A stretch of DNA of 40,422 nucleotides from Bacillota bacterium (lineage in GTDB: Bacteria > Bacillota > Dehalobacteriia > UBA4068), in the NCBI GenBank assembly GCA_017531315.1, contig JAFXLH010000100.1:1-40422 (forward strand), in the 5' to 3' direction. Below are positions 27,678 through 35,591 of this stretch, in pieces; position 1 is the first letter of the stretch, and each line of letters opens with the position of its first letter. The notes under the pieces were generated by a model that saw nothing but the letters and a program-made list of their open reading frames with translations, ran no database searches and was not told the origin of the DNA. A program made the translations under genes and the position numbers.

Positions 27678-29882
27678 TTACTGAGCTTTGTGCATATTCA
27701 TCAGCACGGTAGCACCGGAAGCACGGTTGGCCAGGCCGGAGGGGATGAACAGGGTGTCGGTCATACCCTGCATATAGCCGGCATCAACGCAATATCTTAC
27801 GGCGTTCAGCGCCCAGGGAGAAATGGCGTACATATCGGTGAAAGTCAGTTCTTCCATAGTGGCGGGAGAACCGTCATAGCGATAGATGAATGCAGCCATC
27901 TGTTCACGGGTCAGCAGACCGAGCGGATCGAAGGTGATAGCATCGGCATCGGCTACGGTGCCGGCGGTGATACCCTTTTCAACTGCCCAGGCAGCAGCCT
28001 TTTCGTACCAGATACCGGCTTCAACGTCGGTAAAGGCCACTTCGGCAGTAACTTCCGGAGAACCGGCCAGGCGATAGAGCATGGTAACGAAGGTAGCGCG
28101 GTTCATGTTGGCACGCGGAGCAAAGTTGCCTTCGCCAACGCCGCCCATCAGAGCATTATTGTAAACATAGTTGGCAGCACCGGCATACCAGTCACCGGCA
28201 GCTACGTCGGCAAAAGCGGTAACGATATCGATACGGCCCTGGCCATAGGGATTGGCATAATCAGCGCCTACTACGCCACCCAGTTCTTCTACGATGTAAT
28301 TGATCAGAACCTGGTTGTCGATGAGGACGCAGTCTTTGATCATGGTGACATTATTGGTGCCGAACATGGTGTAGCCGTCACCGGCGCTCTTCAGCATGTA
28401 GTTGTGGGAAGCGAGAGTATAGGTAGCAGCAGCATCGATCGGTTCGCCGCCGATCATAACGTCCTTAACGCGGCGCTCGCCGGCTACTTCAACGAAAGAG
28501 TCTTTGTCGTCGATAACAACGGTGGAGGCAACGGTGGTGTCGATGGTGCAGGTCAGACCGGCAACATGCAGGAAGCCGCCGCTTTCGCTGATGCCGACAT
28601 TACGGTAGCCCATTTCCAGCGCATCGAGGATCTGCTGGCCGGTAACTTCTACCAGGCAGGCTTCGTTGCCGAAGGGATGTACGGCAATAATCTGTTCATA
28701 GGTGATATCGCCGGCGGGGATATTGGCACGGACGCCGCCGCCGTTGACGAAGGCTACATCAGCTTCCAGCAGGGTGAGGTAAGCATCGGCGCACAGGTCG
28801 CCCAGGTTGGTTTCACGGCTGCGGACCATACGCTTGCCGGTGTCGGGGTCATTGATGGTCAGGTCTACGGCAGTTTTGGCTACTACGGTTTTCAGCAGCG
28901 CATCGTTTTCGGCCAGAACATCGGCTACGGCCTTGGCAACTTCTGCATCCGGAGTGACATTTTCGCTGACCAGTTCGGTGGTGATGCCATCTTTGGTGAT
29001 GGTCATGCAGCCGACATTGGCCAGCTTGGTGCCGGTGGAGGTGAGCAGAACTTCTTCACCCTTGGCATTTTTGACCTTATCGCCAACGATAGTGCTGTGA
29101 GAGTGACCATCGATGAAAGCATCGATGCCGGTGGTATTGGCGATGACTTCGGTGGACATCCAGGGGCTGGATTCAACGTCTACGCCCAGGTGGCCCACGG
29201 CGATGACATAATCGGCGCCATCGGCCAGAGCAGCATCAACGGCTTCCTGCACGGCAGCGTACAGGTCTTTACCGTTATTGCCTTCAGCAAAGCTGTAAAT
29301 ATATTCGCCTTCCGCATTCTGGAAGTAAGTAGGAGTGGACTTGGTGAAGCTTTCCGGGGTGGCAATGCCGACATAGGCAACTACGGTTTCACCGTAAGTG
29401 ACCAGCTTGTAGGCATCGAATACCGGTTCGCCGGTAGTGAGGTCGATGAAGTTGCAGCAAACAACATCAGCCTCGAGTGCATTGAGGTTTTCTTTGGCTT
29501 TATCCATGCCATAGTCGAATTCATGGTTGCCGATAGTGGTGAGGTCATAACCGGCTGCATTCATCAGCTCGATCAGATATTCACCGTTGGAAAGGGTGCC
29601 CAGAACGCCGCCCTGAGAGAAGTCACCGGCATCGACCAGGGTAACATAGCCTTCACCGTACAGAGCTTCCATACCGGATTTCAGGCCGGCTACACCGGCA
29701 TAACCAAGGGCTTCATCAACGGCGCAGTGAGCATCGTTGGTATAGAGGATAACGATAGTGCCGTTAGCGGCAGAGGGAGCCGGGGCGATCAAAAGCGGCT
29801 CATCGGCCATGGCTACGCTGCCCAGGCTAAGAGCCAGCAGCAGAACCATCATCAGTGACAACAATTTACCAAGTCTTTTCAT
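27678..29882 (-). CDS. Secreted bifunctional metallophosphatase/5'-nucleotidase with three C-terminal SLH (S-layer homology) domains
   Basis: Signal peptide MKRLGKLLSLMMVLLLALSLGSVAMA|DE. NDAHC and GNHEFDYG metallophosphatase motifs and a 5'-nucleotidase C-terminal domain. Three FxDV...WY...TR-type SLH repeats. ATG 29882 lies 8 nt after AAAGGAG. Confidence 0.85.
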   Translation of the reverse strand: MKRLGKLLSLMMVLLLALSLGSVAMADEPLLIAPAPSAANGTIVILYTNDAHCAVDEALGYAGVAGLKSGMEALYGEGYVTLVDAGDFSQGGVLGTLSNGEYLIELMNAAGYDLTTIGNHEFDYGMDKAKENLNALEADVVCCNFIDLTTGEPVFDAYKLVTYGETVVAYVGIATPESFTKSTPTYFQNAEGEYIYSFAEGNNGKDLYAAVQEAVDAALADGADYVIAVGHLGVDVESSPWMSTEVIANTTGIDAFIDGHSHSTIVGDKVKNAKGEEVLLTSTGTKLANVGCMTITKDGITTELVSENVTPDAEVAKAVADVLAENDALLKTVVAKTAVDLTINDPDTGKRMVRSRETNLGDLCADAYLTLLEADVAFVNGGGVRANIPAGDITYEQIIAVHPFGNEACLVEVTGQQILDALEMGYRNVGISESGGFLHVAGLTCTIDTTVASTVVIDDKDSFVEVAGERRVKDVMIGGEPIDAAATYTLASHNYMLKSAGDGYTMFGTNNVTMIKDCVLIDNQVLINYIVEELGGVVGADYANPYGQGRIDIVTAFADVAAGDWYAGAANYVYNNALMGGVGEGNFAPRANMNRATFVTMLYRLAGSPEVTAEVAFTDVEAGIWYEKAAAWAVEKGITAGTVADADAITFDPLGLLTREQMAAFIYRYDGSPATMEELTFTDMYAISPWALNAVRYCVDAGYMQGMTDTLFIPSGLANRASGATVLMNMHKAQ

Positions 29883-29966
29883 AGTCATGCTCCTTTATTA
29901 ATATTTTGCGGAGTTTCCTCCTAAGCCCATTCTACCATATATTTACAGATATAAAAGCAAAAAAAC

Positions 29967-29997
29967 AAAAATCTGCGCTGTTTTTGCGCAGATTTTT
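29967..29997. terminator. Terminator after spoIIR (symmetrical hairpin)
   Basis: AAAAATCTGCGC-tgttttt-GCGCAGATTTTT. On the minus strand it is followed by GTTTTTTTGC. It begins 3 nt after the spoIIR stop. Confidence 0.85.
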
Positions 29998-29999
29998 GA

Positions 30000-30602
30000 T
30001 TATTTATTATTCAGCCACCAATCATAGAGTTTGCTGCGCAGCAGCAGCTCATCCCCTGCCCCGCCGGTAGATGCCGCCACGGCCTGTTCTTCCGCCACCA
30101 CATCCACAAAGCAGAGCGGCGGAAACAGTACGCACCACCAGTTATGCCCGGCGCCGCTGCCCAGCACGATGCGCAGCGCCTCGTATTCTCCCTGCGGCAG
30201 CACGGTACCATCGTAGCTGATAGCGGGAAACTGTGCCACCTCCAGCCGGGCGCTGGCGGTATAGGCGGCGCGTCCCGCGATATACTCGTTGCACAGCTGC
30301 TCCAGCTGCGGAATCATGGCGTGCACCTGCTGTTTGGCGGCAGCTTTGTCAGGCGCGGCAGCCAGCGTTTCCGCCAGCTCTGCCACCACCAGATCGCGCA
30401 CCTCCAGCTTCAGCTGCTGATCGTAGGCAGAGTCGCTATCGGCCAGTATATGCAGGCGCAGCGGGTAACTGTCGCCGGTATAGTCTTCGTAATAGACGGT
30501 ATCTGCCGCGGCGAAATAATGCATCCAGCCCGCCGCGCCCAGCAGCAGCGCCAAACCAGCCAGCAGATATCGCTTCGTCTTATGCTTTGTAATATGCTTC
30601 AT
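30000..30602 (-). CDS. spoIIR: Stage II sporulation protein R (SpoIIR)
   Basis: 200 aa with a signal/TM segment, LRLHILADSDS and NWWCVLFPPLCF signature motifs. Confidence 0.92.
   Translation of the reverse strand: MKHITKHKTKRYLLAGLALLLGAAGWMHYFAAADTVYYEDYTGDSYPLRLHILADSDSAYDQQLKLEVRDLVVAELAETLAAAPDKAAAKQQVHAMIPQLEQLCNEYIAGRAAYTASARLEVAQFPAISYDGTVLPQGEYEALRIVLGSGAGHNWWCVLFPPLCFVDVVAEEQAVAASTGGAGDELLLRSKLYDWWLNNK
30051..30062 (-). repeat. Polar motif copy GGGGCAGGGGAt
   Basis: 11/12 match, inside spoIIR. Confidence 0.9.
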
Positions 30603-30631
30603 CGCTATGCCCCCACTTTCCCACTGCTGCG

Positions 30632-30661
30632 TTTATACCCGCTTTTGCGGCTACATATACT
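30632..30661 (-). promoter_or_regulatory. Candidate sigma-F-type forespore promoter of spoIIR
   Basis: Minus strand reads GTATA-15 nt-GGGTATAAAC against the recalled consensus GYATA-N15-GGnnAnAHTR. It overlaps the sigG stop codon. Confidence 0.35.
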
Positions 30662-31421
30662 TACGCAACTGCAGCAGCGCACCTTTTTCCAGGCGGGAGA
30701 CCTGAGCCTGCGAGATGCCTATCTCATCTGCCACTTCCATCTGCGTTTTGCCGCCGAAAAAGCGCATATTGATGATACGCTGCTCGCGGGCGCTTAAGTG
30801 GGACATGCCCTCTTCGATATTGATCTGTTCCAGCCATTTGCTGTCCTGTGCGCTTTCATCCCGCACCTGATCCATCACATATACCGGATCTCCGTCATCG
30901 TGATACATCGGCTCGAACAGCGATACCGGCGACTGAATAGCGTCCAGCGCCATGATCACATCTGCCTCCGGCAGCTCCACCGCAGCTGCGATCTCTTCTA
31001 TTTTCGGTTCGCGGCCGTTTTTCGCCAGCAGAGCATCACGCGCCTGCAGCGCCTTATAGGCGATATCGCGCAGCGAGCGGGATACGCGTATCGTGTTGTT
31101 ATCGCGCAGGTAGCGGCGCAGCTCGCCCATGATCATCGGCACGGCATAAGTGGAAAAGCGCACATTCTGACTAAGATCGAAATTATCGGTGGCCTTGATC
31201 AGGCCGATACAGCCTACCTGGAACAGGTCGTCCACATCCTCGCCGCGACCGTTGAAGCGCTGGATGACCGACAGCACCAAACGCAGATTGCTGAAGATGA
31301 GCTCCTGACGCGCCGCCTCGCTGCCCTGCTGCGCCTCGGCAAACAATTCGCGCATCCGCTCATTGGAAAGCAGCGGCAGTTTGGCCGTATTGACGCCGCA
31401 AATCTCCACTTTATTCAGCAT
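30651..31421 (-). CDS. sigG: Sporulation sigma factor SigG (forespore, late)
   Basis: The N-terminus NKVEICGVNTAKLPLL and LRLVLSVIQRFNGRGEDVDDLFQVGCIGLIKATDNFD closely match B. subtilis SigG rather than SigF or SigE. RBS is GGGAGGA. Confidence 0.9.
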   Translation of the reverse strand: MLNKVEICGVNTAKLPLLSNERMRELFAEAQQGSEAARQELIFSNLRLVLSVIQRFNGRGEDVDDLFQVGCIGLIKATDNFDLSQNVRFSTYAVPMIMGELRRYLRDNNTIRVSRSLRDIAYKALQARDALLAKNGREPKIEEIAAAVELPEADVIMALDAIQSPVSLFEPMYHDDGDPVYVMDQVRDESAQDSKWLEQINIEEGMSHLSAREQRIINMRFFGGKTQMEVADEIGISQAQVSRLEKGALLQLRKYM

Positions 31422-31456
31422 GGGTTATCCTCCCGTTTATGTTGGCTCCATGCTGA

Positions 31457-31486
31457 AATTATGGTCGCGCAGCGGCAAAATTATAC
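31457..31486 (-). promoter_or_regulatory. Candidate forespore (sigma-G/sigma-F-type) promoter of sigG
   Basis: Minus strand reads GTATA-18 nt-CATAATT against the recalled sigma-G consensus GHATR-N17/18-CATXHTA. Confidence 0.35.
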
Positions 31487-31497
31487 TTGCGCTTGGG

Positions 31498-32523
31498 CTA
31501 TATCAGCGCCAGCAGCAGCTTGCTGATGCCATAGCCCAGCAGCCCGCAGCCGGGAAAAGTAAACACCCAGGTGAGCAGCATTTTTCGCGCTATCTGCCAA
31601 TCCACCGCACCGCGGCTCACCGCCGCACCTACGCCCATTACCGCCGTGGTCTTGGTATGCGTGGTGGATACGGGCAGACCAAACAGCGTGGAAAAGAGCA
31701 GGCAGAGGCAGGCCGCCATATCTGCCGCAAAGCCCTGATAGGGCATCAGGCTCACCATCTCCTGCCCCACGGTGCGAATGATGCGCCGCCCGCCGATCGC
31801 CGTGCCGATGGCCATGGTCAACGCGCACAGCAAGGACAGCCACAGCGGAAACTGCAGCTGCTCCTGCGGCAGACCCGCCGCCACCAGCAGCGATATCAGC
31901 ATCACGCCCATAAACTTCTGCCCATCCTGCGCGCCGTGCAGCACCGCCATCGCCGCCGCTGCACCGATTTGCGTAAGGCGAAATCTGTGCCCCGCCGCAC
32001 TCTGCCTGCCCAGCAGCCGCGTAATCAAAAAGCCCAGCGCAAAACCGGCCACGGACGAGAGCAGCAGCCCGGCCAGCACCTTCAGCCATGCCGCGCCGTT
32101 GATAGCAGCAAGCCCCTGCGGCAGCGCCAGCACCGCGCCGCTCAAGCCGGCGATCAGCGAGTGGCTCTGGCTGGTGGGAATGCCGCAGCTCCAGGCCGCC
32201 ACGCCCCAGATGATGATAGACAGCGCCGCCGCAGCCAGAGCCAGTAATGCCGCCTGCCGCTCTTCGCCCAGGCGCACCAGCGAGCTGATTGTATTGGCCA
32301 CGGCGGGGGTGAGCAGGGTCATCAGCATCAGGCCGATATAATTACCGCAGGCCGCCAGCAGCAGAGCCGATTTTTCGCTTATCGCCCCGGTGCCGATGCA
32401 GGTAGATATGGCATTGCTGGCATCGGTAGCGCCATTTACGATTATTACGCCGATATTCAGCAGCATCAACAGCACCAGCAGCGGATCGCGCATTATCAGC
32501 TGCAGAGCAACAGCAAAGTCCAT
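31498..32523 (-). CDS. pit: Inorganic phosphate transporter, PiT family
   Basis: 341 aa, polytopic, with NGATDASNAIST and FGLPVSTTH PHO4 motifs. Confidence 0.9.
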   Translation of the reverse strand: MDFAVALQLIMRDPLLVLLMLLNIGVIIVNGATDASNAISTCIGTGAISEKSALLLAACGNYIGLMLMTLLTPAVANTISSLVRLGEERQAALLALAAAALSIIIWGVAAWSCGIPTSQSHSLIAGLSGAVLALPQGLAAINGAAWLKVLAGLLLSSVAGFALGFLITRLLGRQSAAGHRFRLTQIGAAAAMAVLHGAQDGQKFMGVMLISLLVAAGLPQEQLQFPLWLSLLCALTMAIGTAIGGRRIIRTVGQEMVSLMPYQGFAADMAACLCLLFSTLFGLPVSTTHTKTTAVMGVGAAVSRGAVDWQIARKMLLTWVFTFPGCGLLGYGISKLLLALI

Positions 32524-32543
32524 ATCACACCCACCTTTTGCTT

Positions 32544-32574
32544 AAAATAAAAACCCACTCCGCAGAGTGGGTTT
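32544..32574 (-). terminator. Intrinsic terminator after the hisA-like gene
   Basis: Minus strand reads AAACCCACTC-tgcg-GAGTGGGTTT followed by TTATTTTAAG. Confidence 0.8.
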
Positions 32575-32602
32575 ATTTTATGTATGCAGATGGGTCAATA
32601 TT

Positions 32603-33325
32603 TCAGTTTTTCTCAAAAACGTCTACCAGATGCCGCAGGTCCAGACGGCCGGAATAGATGGCCTTGCCGATAACCGCGCCTGCTGCGCCCCAGCTTTCCA
32701 GCTGATGCAGCATATCTTCATCCACCAGACCGCCGGCCACGATCACCTTCATACCGCAATCGGCAATGATCTCGTGGATGCGTTCCATATTACGCTCTTC
32801 CATGGAATAGCGATACAGATCGGTATAGACGATAGTCTCGATACCCAGCTCTTTGGCTTCTTTGAGCATCGATTGTACGGTATGGGAAAGCGGCGTTTCG
32901 TAGCCTTCGTAGGTGATCATACCGTTACGGCCGTCAATGGCTGCCAGGATGCGGCCGGCGCCGTATTTTTCGATCGCTTCGGTAACGATATGCGGATGAC
33001 GCAAAATGGTAGAAGCGTTTACCAAAACACGGTCGACGCCAACAGCAAATGCTTCGTCGATATCGCGCATTTTGCGGATGCCGCCGGAAAGCTGAATGGC
33101 TACATTATTGAAGGTCAGCATATCGCGTACCGTATCCAGGTTACGCAGGCGGCCGACAAAAGAACCGTCCAGATCGTTGACATGCAGGAACGTGGCACCG
33201 GCATCTTTCAGCAGATGGGCCTGCTCAAGCGGATCATCGGAATAAATGGGATTAAACTCATCACAGTCGGTAAGCAATCTAGTGCAAGCACCTTCGCGAA
33301 TATCAATAGCCGGGATAATTTTCAT
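32603..33325 (-). CDS. HisA-family (beta/alpha)8-barrel protein (ProFAR isomerase paralog) outside any his operon
   Basis: MKIIPAIDIREG..., SGGIR, AAIDGRNG, VAGGL and GKAIYSG match the HisA/HisF fold. ATG 33325 is preceded by GGAGGTG. It starts 27 nt after the gerAB-type stop with no terminator in between. Confidence 0.75.
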   Translation of the reverse strand: MKIIPAIDIREGACTRLLTDCDEFNPIYSDDPLEQAHLLKDAGATFLHVNDLDGSFVGRLRNLDTVRDMLTFNNVAIQLSGGIRKMRDIDEAFAVGVDRVLVNASTILRHPHIVTEAIEKYGAGRILAAIDGRNGMITYEGYETPLSHTVQSMLKEAKELGIETIVYTDLYRYSMEERNMERIHEIIADCGMKVIVAGGLVDEDMLHQLESWGAAGAVIGKAIYSGRLDLRHLVDVFEKN

Positions 33326-33352
33326 ATTCCGCACCTCCAAAGAATGCTGAAT

Positions 33353-34414
33353 TTATTTATTCTGCGCCCATCTCCCTTTCCCTGCCTTGCCTCGGCCAAC
33401 TTTTCTACATCCAGCGGCAGGCATACCGATGCGGCAGGCCAGCAGCAACCCCAGCAAAGAGAGCAGCGCCACCGCATTACGCACGCCGTCCGTATCCGGG
33501 TTGGCCAGCAGCACGTAGCCAAGGTAGCTGCTGCCATACAAGGCGGCGCAGACCGCGGCCAGCAGCTTATCGTCCGTCTTTCGCCGCAGCGCCGCCGCCA
33601 GCCAGTCCGTCAGCTGACGGCACAGCAGCACCACATATACCAGCAGCACCGTCAATACCGCCAGCGCCCCCAGCAGCTCCAGGCGCGATACGGCAGCATC
33701 CCACTGCATCATTCTTAAGGCACGCACAGTAGGATAGCCCTCCAGCCGCAGCGTATCGCCAAAAAGCAGCGCATTGCGGCCGATGCAGATAATACAGTAG
33801 CCGATGCCCAGCCCCATGCCCCGGCGCAGAGCCTTGCTTTTCCCCTGCCCCGCTTCGCTAAACAGGCCCAGCGTCAGCGGCAGCATGCCGTAGATCAGCG
33901 CCGCGTAATAGCCAGCGGTGATCAGCACATCCGCCCAATCCGCACCCGCCAGCGGCAGCAGGCGGCGCGGGTGATAATCGGGCATCAGCAGCAGCGTGTC
34001 ACCGATAACCGCCACCACAAAGACGAACACCACGATAGAAGCCGTGCGCTCGATAGCCCGCCGCCCCAGCCGCGCCGAAAAGAAGGTGAAACAGGCAAAG
34101 GTGAGCGCATAGACCAGCACCGGCGTATTACGCATCTCAAAGGCCGACCAGAAGGATAGCATCAGCAGCACATAATAGGCGCTGAGCAGCAGCAAAACAG
34201 CAGCAAGCAGCATCTTTAGCCGCCGCTGACCGCTATCGCTCAGGCAACTGTACAGCCACACCATCAACGGCGCGGGCAATACGGCGATAATGATGGAGAG
34301 CCACACATGATGCCCCAGATGGCTGCCGATGGCATTGACCGGCAGCAGGCTGCCCAGCAGTACCACAGCTACCAGCGCCGTGCTTTGTACAGTTTTGGCA
34401 TTGATTTCTCTCAT
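33353..34414 (-). CDS. Spore germination protein, GerAB/GerKB-type (APC-superfamily permease-like B subunit)
   Basis: About 353 aa with about 10 TM helices. Located in an operon with A and C subunits. ATG 34414 is preceded by GGGGAG. Confidence 0.8.
   Translation of the reverse strand: MREINAKTVQSTALVAVVLLGSLLPVNAIGSHLGHHVWLSIIIAVLPAPLMVWLYSCLSDSGQRRLKMLLAAVLLLLSAYYVLLMLSFWSAFEMRNTPVLVYALTFACFTFFSARLGRRAIERTASIVVFVFVVAVIGDTLLLMPDYHPRRLLPLAGADWADVLITAGYYAALIYGMLPLTLGLFSEAGQGKSKALRRGMGLGIGYCIICIGRNALLFGDTLRLEGYPTVRALRMMQWDAAVSRLELLGALAVLTVLLVYVVLLCRQLTDWLAAALRRKTDDKLLAAVCAALYGSSYLGYVLLANPDTDGVRNAVALLSLLGLLLACRIGMPAAGCRKVGRGKAGKGRWAQNK
33840..33851 (-). repeat. Polar motif copy GGGGCAGGGGAa
   Basis: 11/12 match, inside the gerAB-type gene, in a different reading frame from the other coding copies. 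Confidence 0.9.
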
Positions 34415-34445
34415 CGGCTCTCCCCTGTTGCTCATTTTGGTTCTT

Positions 34446-35591
34446 TTATTGCTCCTTGAACTTGATGCGGCAGTCCACATCACAGATAAGCTCTATCTGC
34501 CGCCACCCCACTTCATCATCTATCAGCTGCTGCCACAGGCGATAGTCCTTGCGTTCCAGCTGGGCATTCACATAGAGGAAGTCATTATCCATCTCCCGGG
34601 CCAGCTCCCACAGCCGCTGCAGACGCGCTGTGAAATATGCTTCTGCTTCCTGCGAGAGCTCCTCCAGCTGCGGTTCTTGGGGCGAAGTTTCTGTATCCGT
34701 GGGCCGCAGCACCGCCTTTACCTGCAATTTCAGCTGCGGCACATCGCCATCGGTGAGCATTTTGCGCGTCAGCTTCCAGTCGGTGACAGAATAGAGGTCT
34801 TCGCCCAGCTGCACCACCATACCCACCGCCTTGCCGCGCCACAGCAGCACATCGTCGGTATATTCATCATCCAGTACCGCCACCAGCCTTCCCTGAGCAT
34901 CCGCCGCGGCAAAGCCCGACAGCTCCACTTCCTGCACCTGCCTGGCCAGCGGCAGCGATTGATCGGAGCTCTCCCCGGCGGAAGAGAGCGCCGCCACCTC
35001 GCTTTTGCACAGGGCGATGGTGGGCAGCAGCGTTCCGGTGCGCTCGGCCAGCTGGCTTTCCATATAGCTTTGCACGCTCAGCTTATCGGTCACCGCCTCG
35101 ATGCGCCTGCTGCCGTGATTGAGCAGCTGCACCACACCTAAGCCCAGATATGGCGAAAGACCGATATCCGCCTCCATAACATCCGTGATATCGTCTTCTG
35201 CCACAATGATATAAACAAGCGGATTGATCTGCTGATCGTTGAAAAAGGATTCGACTATCGGCGTTATCCCCTGCTCCGCGGCCTTTTCGCTGATGATAAG
35301 CACCTGCAAATGCCCCCAGAACAGCTGGCGGTTCAGCTGCTTGCCCATCCGCCGCAGCGCATCTTTGATATTGGCGCCGCTGGTGTGGAAGATGCGGTCA
35401 TTGCCGCTGGAGACGTTGGCCGTCACCTCGGCTATCTCCGCCGCTATCAGCACCCGTTGTTCCGCCGGGGCAGCTTCATCGTAGTCGATGCCCACGGCCA
35501 GCACCACAGCTAAGTCCTGCACCTCGCTCTTATCCCAGCAGCCGCCCAGCAGCAGCGTCAGCGGCAGCAACAGCAGCAATAGCTTACGCAT
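34446..35591 (-). CDS. Spore germination lipoprotein, Ger(x)C family
   Basis: Lipobox LLLGGC|WDK followed by AVVLAVGIDY, typical of GerAC. Its start overlaps the gerAA-type stop (ATGCGTAA). Confidence 0.88.
   Translation of the reverse strand: MRKLLLLLLPLTLLLGGCWDKSEVQDLAVVLAVGIDYDEAAPAEQRVLIAAEIAEVTANVSSGNDRIFHTSGANIKDALRRMGKQLNRQLFWGHLQVLIISEKAAEQGITPIVESFFNDQQINPLVYIIVAEDDITDVMEADIGLSPYLGLGVVQLLNHGSRRIEAVTDKLSVQSYMESQLAERTGTLLPTIALCKSEVAALSSAGESSDQSLPLARQVQEVELSGFAAADAQGRLVAVLDDEYTDDVLLWRGKAVGMVVQLGEDLYSVTDWKLTRKMLTDGDVPQLKLQVKAVLRPTDTETSPQEPQLEELSQEAEAYFTARLQRLWELAREMDNDFLYVNAQLERKDYRLWQQLIDDEVGWRQIELICDVDCRIKFKEQ

Noticed and set aside
31422-31445. GCATG-15 nt-GGAGGATAA immediately upstream of sigG looks like a sigma-F promoter (GCATR-N15-GGnnAnAHTR).
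   Set aside because: The would-be -10 element is the sigG Shine-Dalgarno sequence itself, 4 nt from the ATG. A transcript starting downstream of it would lack an RBS. The GTATA-18-CATAATT element further upstream is the better candidate.
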